From the NCBI GenBank assembly GCA_035449045.1, contig DAOTKC010000003.1, positions 15,343 to 79,342 on the forward strand: a stretch of DNA of 64,000 nt, read 5' to 3'. Source of the DNA: Eubacteriales bacterium. Its GTDB lineage: Bacteria; Bacillota; Clostridia; Christensenellales; CAG-917. Positions 1 to 12,423 of the stretch are shown one piece after another (within the stretch, counting starts at the first letter, position 1; every line of letters begins with the position of its first letter). The notes beneath the pieces were generated by a model. The model was not told where the DNA came from, did not search any database, and saw only the letters and a list, made by a program, of their open reading frames with translations. Position numbers and translations under genes: made by a program.

Positions 1-81
1 GACGGCTCCGGGAAGCGCTATTATTGATAAAGGTGCCGTGGGAGTTGTTTCGCGGAATACTTTCTCAAAAAGCGGCGTCAT
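1..81 (-). CDS. 5' end of an unidentified CDS running off the left edge (MTPLFEKVFRETTPTAPLSIIALPGAV...)
   Basis: ATG at 81-79 with GGAGG at 90-86. The frame is open to the window edge. Too short to assign a family. Confidence 0.4.
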   Translation of the reverse strand, partial: MTPLFEKVFRETTPTAPLSIIALPGAV

Positions 82-455
82 TTTTCCTCCGAAGAATCAA
101 ACCTTTCTTTAGAAATTATATCACAAAAAAAATAAAACGCCATCTTTTTGAATGATATACCCCTTAAAATTTTAGCTTAATCACAACAAAATTCTTAATT
201 AGTATTGTTTATTGTCAAAAAAATTAAAATGTATAAATGTCTAATATATTTTACTGTAAAATCAAACCGACAAGGCCGCATATTTATTGAATAAAATTGA
301 AAAAATGTCGCTTTCGTAGCAGGTAATCAATTTTTAGCCCAACATAATTTCGGTGTTCATTTTTTATAGATATAAATTCCGAAACCTGAGGAATAAAGCT
401 CCAAAATTTATTTGCACAAAATACGCTTTTTTGCATAACTAACAAAAAATAAATA

Positions 456-484
456 TTGACGGATAAAGTATATTAAGGTATACT
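456..484 (+). promoter_or_regulatory. sigma-A type promoter for the 547-2851 gene pair
   Basis: TTGACG, a 17-nt spacer, then TATACT, about 60 nt upstream of the ATG at 547, inside a 450-bp AT-rich intergenic region. Confidence 0.5.
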
Positions 485-546
485 TTCAAGGTAACTATAT
501 TTTATTCAAAATATATTTGTTATAGTTTTATGTTAAGGAGCAAGTT

Positions 547-1794
547 ATGGAGTTGAAGCTGCAAGTTATCAAGTTTTTAAAGACCTTGATTTACCTTCTC
601 GGTTTCCCCCTGCTCTTCCTCTTGGCCCTCATAAATTCGATGCCGATGTTCGGCGAAATCGTTTTCAAAGGTTTCGCGGCCAACGGCATCTTGCTTGTTT
701 TGGCGATGTGGGCAGTGGTCGAGTTCGTCCGTTTGTTGTTCAAAGTGGCAATGCGGAAAAACGGTGGAAGCCTGCGTTCGATGATAGTCGCCTGTCTCGC
801 CGTCCTCGTCATGGTGCTGCCGACTTATTTCATCGGCCAAGTGCAGGAGAAAAGGGTGAACGAGGTCCGCGCCGAATATTCGGCATATGTCGTCGACGGC
901 AAGACCATCGAAGTGCCCACCTACGGCAAGCAGGAAGGCTGGTATAGGGCGACCACCAAGGTCAACAAGGCCGAGCGCAAGAGCTATACCGATGCCTTAA
1001 TTTACGATGTTGACGACTGCATGGCGTTTTACAACGGCGTGATGACGTCGAAGTCACTCCCCTACGCCGTTGACCGCAGGCTCTATCTCGAAGACAGCTA
1101 CTACGATAACTGGGGTATGCCGGAAGCGACCGAAAAGCAGCTTAAGGAAGGCGAAAACCTCTTTGTCTACTATACCGGAATCGGCTATAAGAAATACGAC
1201 GCCGACGTCCACGCCGACAAGATGGTGTTTTACATCAATCTAGAAGACCACAAGGCTGAGGACTACACGCCCGACGCCGAGAAAATCGACATCGGCAACA
1301 AATACAAAGAATGCCTGTTCTACTACTCCGACGGCGAATATCTTCTTGTTCCCGCCGTTCCTACCGGCAACGAAGGCACGCTTTATTACTTCATGCCCAA
1401 GCATCCCGTTTCGGGCGGACCCGGCCCGGGCCTCGACATTTGGGGATATGAAAGCTATCTCGGCAAAGTCTACGGCATCAAAACCGTTATTACCCGAGAA
1501 ATAGCGCTTCTTCAAGGCTACGTCGACGACTATGAGGCCGCGCTCGAGTCCGGTCCGGTTGCCGAATCCGATCCTCTATACTTAAATTATCAAATCGCAC
1601 TAAAAGGCGACGCCGAACACTACGACCTGCTCTCGCTCTACGACATTCAGGCGCGGCTTAGCTATCAGCCCTCGCTATATCCCATCTTCGCTGCCAAAAC
1701 CTATATCAATATCTTTGTCGGCGTCGTCGTTATCGGCATCATTTTGATAGGATATCTCGAAGAAAAAGAATATGCCATGCTGGCGGTAAAATAA
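547..1794 (+). CDS. membrane protein of unknown function: 3 N-terminal TM helices, Tyr/Asp-rich ectodomain, C-terminal TM anchor
   Basis: ATG preceded by AAGGAG. Hydrophobic segments at the N-terminus (GFPLLFLLALINS..., ILLVLAMWAVVEF..., IVACLAVLVMVL) and the C-terminus (INIFVGVVVIGIILIGY). I recognise no family. Confidence 0.75.
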   Translation: MELKLQVIKFLKTLIYLLGFPLLFLLALINSMPMFGEIVFKGFAANGILLVLAMWAVVEFVRLLFKVAMRKNGGSLRSMIVACLAVLVMVLPTYFIGQVQEKRVNEVRAEYSAYVVDGKTIEVPTYGKQEGWYRATTKVNKAERKSYTDALIYDVDDCMAFYNGVMTSKSLPYAVDRRLYLEDSYYDNWGMPEATEKQLKEGENLFVYYTGIGYKKYDADVHADKMVFYINLEDHKAEDYTPDAEKIDIGNKYKECLFYYSDGEYLLVPAVPTGNEGTLYYFMPKHPVSGGPGPGLDIWGYESYLGKVYGIKTVITREIALLQGYVDDYEAALESGPVAESDPLYLNYQIALKGDAEHYDLLSLYDIQARLSYQPSLYPIFAAKTYINIFVGVVVIGIILIGYLEEKEYAMLAVK

Positions 1795-1804
1795 GGAGGA
1801 TATT

Positions 1805-2851
1805 ATGAAAAAAGGTATTTTAATCGCTTTAGATGCTATTCTCTTCCTCGCGGGCTTCCCTCTTTTGTTGATTTTGGTTTATTTCCAAACCAAGCACGGC
1901 ATGGATATGGGCTACGGCAACGGCTTCTTCCAAGGCATGGGAGGATGGGTTCCTTTCCTTCTCGCGTCCATCCTTTTCGTAGTTGTCTTAATCGTCGAAT
2001 TAGTGCTCAGGCTGTCCTCTAAAAAGACTATCCCCGCCGGCAAGTCAACTTTTAAAAAGCAGGCATTAAAACTCGCCGCCGCCGGCTTCTGCGTCCTCGG
2101 CGGGCTCATGATTGTTCTCGACATCGCCCTCCCCGAGCTTTTGTTCGACGCCACCAGCAATACCCTTCTTTATGAGGACCTCGTAGGAAACTACGACACC
2201 CAGCACGATATCAACAACGACCTCATTATGCGCTTTATCGAGCTCAACGTCGCTACCGGCGAACTCAACGAGATGTCGGAAGAGGAATACAAAAAGCTGG
2301 GGCTCAACGACGACAAAGTTAGCGAGTTGATTGCTTTGAAATTCGACAGTATTGACAGCGCCTTCGTCCGCTTCAATAAAATTGCCATCGACATGGCGCT
2401 GAAGGGCGTTATGACGGGCGATATCATAGGGCTTTTGATTGTTCCCTTCTCTCAGCCCACCGAGGGTTATCTAGTCTACTTCCCCATGGAAGGCAACGTC
2501 AATATGAATCCCGACGTCGACGGCGACGGCGTGATTACCAAGGAAGAACAGAAGGTCGATTGGAACATTCTCGACATGCTGGGCTCGGTGCCCGATGACC
2601 TCGAACTCCCCGGCGGCATCACGCTCACCACCAGCAACACCGAACGCGGCGTGTTGGACTATCAAAACATGGCTTGGCTGGATTCGGTTGGCTTGCTCGG
2701 CATAATCACCGGCCTCTTCAGCGTCCGCGAGCTGTTCTACATCTTCTCGGCCGTCATCGCGATTGCATCCATTCTGCGCGGTTTTTGCATCGCGGGTTAT
2801 ATGGATTTCTCTAAGGTTAAAGAAGAGCAGTCGGAAGCCGTCCCTGCTTAA
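1805..2851 (+). CDS. membrane protein of unknown function, paralogous topology to the upstream gene, with an EF-hand Ca-binding loop
   Basis: AGGAGG RBS, starting 10 nt after the upstream stop. Shares the GFPLL-containing TM1 and the 3-TM plus C-terminal TM layout. Contains DVDGDGVITKEE, which fits the EF-hand/dockerin-type loop (D-x-D-x-D-G-x-I-x-x-x-E). Confidence 0.75.
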   Translation: MKKGILIALDAILFLAGFPLLLILVYFQTKHGMDMGYGNGFFQGMGGWVPFLLASILFVVVLIVELVLRLSSKKTIPAGKSTFKKQALKLAAAGFCVLGGLMIVLDIALPELLFDATSNTLLYEDLVGNYDTQHDINNDLIMRFIELNVATGELNEMSEEEYKKLGLNDDKVSELIALKFDSIDSAFVRFNKIAIDMALKGVMTGDIIGLLIVPFSQPTEGYLVYFPMEGNVNMNPDVDGDGVITKEEQKVDWNILDMLGSVPDDLELPGGITLTTSNTERGVLDYQNMAWLDSVGLLGIITGLFSVRELFYIFSAVIAIASILRGFCIAGYMDFSKVKEEQSEAVPA

Positions 2852-2865
2852 ATTTAGAAGTTATA

Positions 2866-2901
2866 AAAAAAGGTCGGCTCAAATGAGCCGACCTTTTTTT
2901 A
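2866..2901. terminator. bidirectional intrinsic terminator between the convergent genes 1805-2851 and lacZ
   Basis: AAAAAAA-GGTCGGCTC-aaat-GAGCCGACC-TTTTTTT: a perfect 9-bp stem flanked by an A-run and a T-run. Confidence 0.85.
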
Positions 2902-2971
2902 TAATTCGTTTATATTAAAAATGTTAAAGAAGCTTATTATCTACTATTGCTTCCTATTCATATAATTCGCG

Positions 2972-6076
<3,105 letters not shown>

Positions 6077-6093
6077 TTAAAACCGATAACCTG

Positions 6094-6810
6094 TTAGTCT
6101 TTGATATAGAGAATGCGGCGGCAGTTGGGGCATTCCGTCCAATCCCCCGCGTTCTTAAGCTTGTTTTGGGTGTCAATCGAAATGTCCATAAAGCAACCCG
6201 CGCAACTTTTGTGGGCGGGGTTGTATTCAACGAAGGCGGGCTTTTTGCCTTGCTGGCGGAGAGCGGCGTAGTGCTGCAAAAACTGCGGCGTTATTATATC
6301 CTTCAAAGCATCTCGCGAAGACTTGAGCTCGTCGACTTTCGCTTGGAACTCCTTTCGATATTCGTTGAAGGCTACATTTGCCTGCTTTAATTTTTCGCCG
6401 AGCTCGCGTCCCTGCTTCATGACGCTATCCGATTTCCTTCTTATTTCGTCGATTTTGGCGTTTTGCCTCAAGCATTCCCGCTCAATGGATGCAAGCGCAT
6501 CGGAAAAAGCCGACATCTGCCGCTCGAAATATTCGACGGCGCTCATGCTGTCCACCTCGCTTAAATCGGTGTGCTCGACAAGCTCCTTGATTTTTTCGGC
6601 AAGCTCGGCCTCCTGCTTGGAAAGACGGTCGTAGTTTGAAAGGATGTCGGCGGCCTCGTCGTTAAGACGGCTCAGCGTGGCACCCGCCGCCTTGTATTCG
6701 CTTTGAAGCGCCATGCCCTGACGGTATTGCTTGCTGCTCTTTATTTCGTTTTCGATTTTGAGAATTTCGGCGTCGATGGCCTGATACTTTAATATTGCGT
6801 CAAATTTCAT
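6094..6810 (-). CDS. C4-type zinc-ribbon coiled-coil protein (COG1579/DUF164-like)
   Basis: Long coiled-coil followed by C-terminal CAGC...CPNC. Sits in the conserved position downstream of the Nif3-like gene. Confidence 0.75.
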   Translation of the reverse strand: MKFDAILKYQAIDAEILKIENEIKSSKQYRQGMALQSEYKAAGATLSRLNDEAADILSNYDRLSKQEAELAEKIKELVEHTDLSEVDSMSAVEYFERQMSAFSDALASIERECLRQNAKIDEIRRKSDSVMKQGRELGEKLKQANVAFNEYRKEFQAKVDELKSSRDALKDIITPQFLQHYAALRQQGKKPAFVEYNPAHKSCAGCFMDISIDTQNKLKNAGDWTECPNCRRILYIKD

Positions 6811-6889
6811 ACTTACCTCTGAACTTGATTATTTATCTCATTATTTTTTTTGCTGAAAAATGCGTCCGAATTAGTTTATAAGGGTTTAA

Positions 6890-7669
6890 TTATTCCAATT
6901 CGTAAACCGATTTTATGGGACGGGCGCCTTTATGGATTTCAACTCTTAAACCGCCGAACCGCGACTTTATTATATCTTTCAAGATATCTAAAGCCACGAT
7001 TTCGCTCGAATAGTGGGAAAAGCCGATAAGATTTCTTCCCATCGCATCCGCCTCTACCGCTAAATGGTGCTTTATTTCCGAGGTTATAAAGACGTCGGAA
7101 TTATCGAGCGCGGCTTTAAACGCCTCGGCGTCCCCGCCGCCCGCTCCTGCCACTATGGCGGCAGCCGAGACGCGGCGCGCTCCGTCTCCTACTACGCAGA
7201 CCGTTTTGTCGTCCAACACCTGCGCAACCTTTTTTGCAAGCGGCGCAAGGAATGTTGATATCTTGCCGACGACGCCCATCCCGTCGGGCATTAAACGCCT
7301 TATTTCGGTCAAGCCCAAAAGCTCGGCAAGCCGCCACGAAACGCCGCCTTTTGCGACGTCCAAGTTAGTGTGGCAAGCGTAGTGATTGATGTTGTTTTTC
7401 AAAATCAGCTCGAGCACACGCCCGGAAAAGGATGCGGTGTCAATCGCTTTAATCGGCTTGAAAATATGCGGGTGGTGCGTAACAAGCAGGTTGCAGCCCT
7501 TGGCGGCGGCGGCCTTGACGGCGTCGGGCGTGGCGTCCAAGCTCAACAAAACGCCCGAAACCTCGGCTTTTTGATTGCCCAAGTTAAGCCCGCTGTTATC
7601 GTAATCAAGCGCGGTATCGGCGGGCGCGAACTCCTCGATTGCCGCGGCTATTTCAAAAATTTTCGGCAT
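6890..7669 (-). CDS. Nif3-like dinuclear metal centre protein (YqfO family)
   Basis: Family-typical N-terminus (DYDNSGL, THHP). Synteny sigA-trmK-nif3. Confidence 0.88.
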   Translation of the reverse strand: MPKIFEIAAAIEEFAPADTALDYDNSGLNLGNQKAEVSGVLLSLDATPDAVKAAAAKGCNLLVTHHPHIFKPIKAIDTASFSGRVLELILKNNINHYACHTNLDVAKGGVSWRLAELLGLTEIRRLMPDGMGVVGKISTFLAPLAKKVAQVLDDKTVCVVGDGARRVSAAAIVAGAGGGDAEAFKAALDNSDVFITSEIKHHLAVEADAMGRNLIGFSHYSSEIVALDILKDIIKSRFGGLRVEIHKGARPIKSVYELE

Positions 7670-8294
7670 AAGCTAATATATTCTCCCATTCTTTTAGCTT
7701 TAAGCTCAAGGCGGCCTTCGCCCTTTCGTCCGCCTCCGCAATTTTTTCTTTATACTTTGCTATCCGCGCCTTAGCCCGCGCGATAAATGCGGCGCTGCCC
7801 CTAAGTTCAAGTCCGAATTTTTCCTCTCTCTCCGTCAAATCCCTTTTGCCGCCCTTGGATACCGCGACAATAATGTCATAGAACTTGCCCGACGACTCCA
7901 CCGTGAAATCCCTCTCGATACCGAGCCCCGCCGCTATCAGCGCGCGCCTTAGCTTAGGGGCGTCGCGGTGAGGGCTGAGCACGTATTTGGGATAGGCGGA
8001 GCCCTTGATTATGTCGATAATTTCCAAGCCGCCCATTCCCGTTATCACCACGGTGTCGCACTCGCCGTTCTTAAGCACGGATAGCCCGTCGCCCAAGCGG
8101 AAGTCAATCTCTGCGCCTGCGTCGGCGGCGAGCGCGCGCGCTTTACCCAAGCATTTTTCGCTTATGTCGGCGGCTATCACTCGGCAACCCGAAAGATAGA
8201 GCGCCAGCGCCGTCTTGCCGTGGTCGGTGCCGATGTCGGCGACGCATTCCGCGCCCTTAGCCGCCTCGACTATTGCCTGTATGCGCGCGTCCAT
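7653..8294 (-). CDS. trmK: tRNA (adenine22-N1)-methyltransferase TrmK
   Basis: SAM-binding motif DIGTDHG. Lies immediately downstream of sigA, as yqfN does in Bacillus. Overlaps both neighbours. Confidence 0.85.
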   Translation of the reverse strand: MDARIQAIVEAAKGAECVADIGTDHGKTALALYLSGCRVIAADISEKCLGKARALAADAGAEIDFRLGDGLSVLKNGECDTVVITGMGGLEIIDIIKGSAYPKYVLSPHRDAPKLRRALIAAGLGIERDFTVESSGKFYDIIVAVSKGGKRDLTEREEKFGLELRGSAAFIARAKARIAKYKEKIAEADERAKAALSLKLKEWENILAYAENF

Positions 8295-9361
8295 CAGTCG
8301 ATGTCTTTAAGCTTTTTAATGCGGTTGGGATGGCGGAGTTTTCGGAGCGTCTTAGCCTCGATTTGGCGGATTCTTTCACGGGTAACGTTGAATTCCTTGC
8401 CCACTTCTTCGAGCGTTCTCGGATGGCTGTCGTCCAGCCCGTAACGAAGCCTTAAAACCTTTTCTTCGCGCGGCGTCAGCGTGCTCAACACCTGAACGAG
8501 CTGCTCCTTTACCATGTTGTTTTCGGCGACTTCGGAAGGCGCTTGCGCGCTGTTATCTTCAATAAAGTCGCCCAAATGGCTGTCCTCCTCTTCGCCTATC
8601 GGCGTTTCCAAGGATACCGGGTCCTGCGCGATTTTTTGAATTTCGCGGACGCGCTCCTCCGACACGCCCAGCCGTTCCGCTATCTCCTCGGGCAACGGCT
8701 CGCGCCCCAACTGTTGCATAAGCTGGCGCGTAGCGCGCACCTGCTTGTTGATGGTTTCCACCATGTGGACGGGTATTCTGATTGTGCGCGCTTGGTCGGC
8801 TATGGCGCGGGTTATCGCCTGCCTTATCCACCACGTCGCGTAAGTCGAAAACTTGAAGCCCTTCTTGTAGTCGAACTTTTCGACGGCTTTCATAAGCCCC
8901 AAATTACCCTCTTGAATTAAATCGAGGAATTGCATGCCGCGCCCGACGTAGCGCTTGGCGATGGAAACGACTAGCCTGAGGTTGGCTTCGCTTAGAATGT
9001 CGCGCGCCACCTCGTCGCCCTCCTCCATCTTTTTGGCAAGCTCGATTTCACGGTCGGCGGAAAGCAAGGGAACTTTGCCTATATCCTTAAGATACATCTT
9101 GACGGAGTCGTCGATGTTGCCTTCGCTTATGATTTTTTCGATGAACTCCTCTTCCTCTTCGGCGGAAAATGAATCCTCTTTGACGGGAATGCCCTCCTTT
9201 TCCAGAACCTGAAAGACTTTCTCCATCTCTTCGGCGGTGCCCGGAAGCTGTTCGAGCTTTGCCATTATGTCCTCTTGAGTCACGCTCCCTTTCTTTTTGC
9301 CGAGCTGAATGATCTTTTCGATTTGGGAGGCAAGCAGCGCTTCCTTTTCGTTGTTATCCAT
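8294..9361 (-). CDS. rpoD: primary RNA polymerase sigma factor (SigA/RpoD)
   Basis: Conserved regions 1.2-4.2 (YLKDIG..., [15 protein letters not shown], region 4.2 [20 protein letters not shown]). dnaG-sigA operon order. Confidence 0.97.
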   Translation of the reverse strand: MDNNEKEALLASQIEKIIQLGKKKGSVTQEDIMAKLEQLPGTAEEMEKVFQVLEKEGIPVKEDSFSAEEEEEFIEKIISEGNIDDSVKMYLKDIGKVPLLSADREIELAKKMEEGDEVARDILSEANLRLVVSIAKRYVGRGMQFLDLIQEGNLGLMKAVEKFDYKKGFKFSTYATWWIRQAITRAIADQARTIRIPVHMVETINKQVRATRQLMQQLGREPLPEEIAERLGVSEERVREIQKIAQDPVSLETPIGEEEDSHLGDFIEDNSAQAPSEVAENNMVKEQLVQVLSTLTPREEKVLRLRYGLDDSHPRTLEEVGKEFNVTRERIRQIEAKTLRKLRHPNRIKKLKDID

Positions 9362-9421
9362 ATTTTCCTCGCAATATGTAGTATTAATATAAAAGCAAAC
9401 CCTATAAAAATTTGCCTTGAC

Positions 9422-11200
9422 TCAATATTTTTTTTCCAAAGACTGCGCCGTCAGCTTTTTTTGAAGCGCGGCTATTTTTGTAAGAAGCTCCGGCCGCTCC
9501 TCTTTGTCGGCGTTTTCGAACCTCGCCGAAGCATCGGCGATTTCGGCCTTTATGCTTTCGTTGGCAAGCCAAATCAAAGACTCGATATAATATTTTTCGG
9601 CGGCCTCACCTTTTAAGCCCGGCTCAAATCCGATGACCTTCGGCGCGACGGCGCTGTCGCGAAGATGGTCGAAAATCTGCCCCGGCTGCGGCCTCTTGCC
9701 AAAAGAGACGGCGTCTAATACAAAGTCGAAGACCGCCCTCTCGTCCTCGCTTTTAAACCACTCGCGCCTGACTTTGGAAATATCGGCATACTCGCGCGAA
9801 AACAAAAGCGAGTTAAGCACAAACAACGAGGCCGGCGTGATTTCGCCCGATATTGCCGGCGCGCTTTCAATCGGTCGCGCGGGCGGCTTTTCGGCGGCTG
9901 TTTTATCCAGTTGTTTTCTGAGCACCGCTACCGTAACGCCGCTTTTATCGCTTAAAATCGGAAGATAAACGTCGCGTTCGGAAATATCTTTGATTTTGGA
10001 TAGCAGCGTCAGTGCTTCCTTTAAATATTGCGCACGCTCGCTCGCCGATTTTAAATCGAATTTTTTCTCGATGAGGCCGAGGCGGTATTCGACATGACCG
10101 GGCGCTTCGTCCAAAAGCTTTAAAATGCCCGCCTTCCCCAGTTTCTTTGCGGCGTCATCTGGGTCCATTTCATCGGGCAACGCGATTACCTTGACATTGA
10201 AGCCTTCGTTTACCAAAATATCAATGCTCCGTTCGGCGGCCTTTCTGCCCGCCTCGTCGCCGTCGTAGCAAAGAACGATGTTATTAGTCCATTTTGCGAG
10301 CTCGCGCGCCTGACTTTCGGTGAAAGCGGTGCCCATGCCCGCCGCTGTGTTCAGTATTCCCACCTTGCCCAAAGATATTACATCCATATACCCTTCGACC
10401 AAGATAACCTCGCTGAACCCGCCGGTGCGCTTGAGCGTCTTTAAAAAATTGAGGTTATAGAGCGTTCTGCCCTTGTCAAAAAGAGGGGTGTTGGTGGAAT
10501 TTTTATATTTGGCGATGCCTTCCGGGGGCTTGCCCACCACTCTGCCGCCGAAGGCTACGACCTTGCCCAGCGAGTTTATGATGGGCACGATAATCCGACC
10601 GGCAAGCGCGTCCGACATCCGCTCGCCCGAAAGCACACCCGACAGCTTTAAAAGCCTTTCGGGATAGTTTTTGAGCTTTAGATAAGTCGGAAGCCTGTCA
10701 TAGTCGACGGAATAGCCGAGCCCATAGCGCACGATTATATCTTTTGTTATTCCTCTTGAGTGAAGGTAGGCGCGCGCCTCTTCGGCTTCGGGTTTGGATA
10801 TAAGGTTGTTGTGATAGTGCGTGGCGGCGGATTTCAAAATGTCAAATAAAATCTCGCGGTCATCTTTCGTCTGCCTTTCGCCCTCGCGGCCGCCTTTGAA
10901 TTCGGGCATCTCGACACCCGAGCGGTCGCAAAGATGCTGCACTGCCTCGATGAAGGAAATGTTTTCGATTTCTTTAATAAAGGTTATGACGTCGCCCGAG
11001 ACGTTGCAGCCGAAGCAATGATAAAAGCCGTCGTCTTCGTTGACGGCAAAGGAGGGAGTTTTTTCGTTGTGGAAAGGACAAAGGCCGAAATGGCGGTTGC
11101 CTTTTTTAGATAGTTCTATGTATTCGGAAATGACCTCGACGATGCCGTTTCTCTTTTTTAATTCTTCAAGCCAGTCGGGCGTCAACCCACTCTCTCGCAT
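9422..11200 (-). CDS. dnaG: DNA primase DnaG
   Basis: Zinc finger CPFHNEKTPSF...HCFGC and a Toprim region (EGYMDV, DGDEAGR). Confidence 0.96.
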   Translation of the reverse strand: MRESGLTPDWLEELKKRNGIVEVISEYIELSKKGNRHFGLCPFHNEKTPSFAVNEDDGFYHCFGCNVSGDVITFIKEIENISFIEAVQHLCDRSGVEMPEFKGGREGERQTKDDREILFDILKSAATHYHNNLISKPEAEEARAYLHSRGITKDIIVRYGLGYSVDYDRLPTYLKLKNYPERLLKLSGVLSGERMSDALAGRIIVPIINSLGKVVAFGGRVVGKPPEGIAKYKNSTNTPLFDKGRTLYNLNFLKTLKRTGGFSEVILVEGYMDVISLGKVGILNTAAGMGTAFTESQARELAKWTNNIVLCYDGDEAGRKAAERSIDILVNEGFNVKVIALPDEMDPDDAAKKLGKAGILKLLDEAPGHVEYRLGLIEKKFDLKSASERAQYLKEALTLLSKIKDISERDVYLPILSDKSGVTVAVLRKQLDKTAAEKPPARPIESAPAISGEITPASLFVLNSLLFSREYADISKVRREWFKSEDERAVFDFVLDAVSFGKRPQPGQIFDHLRDSAVAPKVIGFEPGLKGEAAEKYYIESLIWLANESIKAEIADASARFENADKEERPELLTKIAALQKKLTAQSLEKKY

Positions 11201-11388
11201 ATCTCTCCGTATCGGTCAAAAAAAATATATTACTAAACTTGGCGGCGGCTTATAAATTCAATAAAATTTGAATCAAAAAAAAATTTGGCCGCAACTTTCT
11301 CGCGGATTATCTTTTGAGTAAACCTGTCCCTATTAAATATACGACAAAAAAACTCAAATACCTGAATGCCGAAAATAAATGTTGGGAT

Positions 11389-12372
11389 TTAATATCTGCT
11401 TTTAATGTTGATATTGGAGTCGCGGATGGCGTAGACATCGGTCATACCCGCAACAAAATCGGCGGCAACCGTCTCGGGCGGATATTTGTTTAAAAGCGAG
11501 CGGAAAAAGGGCGGCAGCTCGTCGGGATTTTTTAAGTATTTTTCAAAAAGAGTCGTTACTATAAGCTCTGCCGTCGTCTCCTCTTGCGCCGTGAATTTCC
11601 GCGCGTAGACGTTTTCAAAGAGAAAATCCCTGATTTCGAGCAGGGCGGCGTAGGATTCTTCCGACATTCTGACACCGGCCTCGCCGCTGTTACTAACGAC
11701 GTCCAAAACAAGCGAAGCGATTCTGTCCGACTTGGTGGCACCCAGCCGCTTAACCGCCGCCGCAGGCAAATCCTCGGGCATTATCAAGCCCGCCGAAACG
11801 GCGTCGTCAATGTCGTGGTTGATGTAGGCGATTTTATCGGCCAAACAGACGACTGAGCCTTCGTAGGTGGCGGGCGAGCCCGTCAGGCGGTGATTAATTA
11901 TGCCGTCCCTGACCTCAAAAGTGAGGTTGAGCCCTTCCCCGTCGTTTTCTAAAATATCGACGACACGAAGGCTTTGGGCGTTATGCGAAAAAGCGCCGCC
12001 GGTGAGCCGCTTTAAGACGCGCTCGCCTGTGTGCCCGAAAGGGGTGTGCCCCAAATCATGGCCTAGGCTTATCGCCTCCGCCAAATCCTCGTTGAGCCTG
12101 AGCGCGCGCGCTATCGTTCGCGCAATTTGCGATACCTCGAGCGTATGTGTCAGCCGCGTCCTGAAGTGGTCGCCCTCGGGCGCGATAAAAACCTGCGTCT
12201 TGTGCTTTAAGCGCCGAAACGACTTGGAGTGCAAAATCCGGTCGCGGTCTCGCTGATAGTCCGTCCGCAGCGGGCATGGTTCGACAGGCTTAAGCCTGCC
12301 TTTCGTCAGCCTGCTGAAAGCGGCGTAAGGCGCAAGTATCATCTCTTCGATTTTGTAGGTATCCTCTCTCAT
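11389..12372 (-). CDS. dgt: dGTP triphosphohydrolase-like HD-domain protein
   Basis: FQRDRDRILHS-type motif (YQRDRDRILHSKSFRRL) and HD residues (GHDLGHTPFGH). The track start at 12396 is a TTG, so I trimmed to the ATG at 12372 (MREDTYK...). Confidence 0.88.
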   Translation of the reverse strand: MREDTYKIEEMILAPYAAFSRLTKGRLKPVEPCPLRTDYQRDRDRILHSKSFRRLKHKTQVFIAPEGDHFRTRLTHTLEVSQIARTIARALRLNEDLAEAISLGHDLGHTPFGHTGERVLKRLTGGAFSHNAQSLRVVDILENDGEGLNLTFEVRDGIINHRLTGSPATYEGSVVCLADKIAYINHDIDDAVSAGLIMPEDLPAAAVKRLGATKSDRIASLVLDVVSNSGEAGVRMSEESYAALLEIRDFLFENVYARKFTAQEETTAELIVTTLFEKYLKNPDELPPFFRSLLNKYPPETVAADFVAGMTDVYAIRDSNINIKSRY

Positions 12373-12423
12373 AGTGCCTATATGTTTCGCGGGCAACGAG
12401 TGCCCGCGAACCGATTTTTTTTG

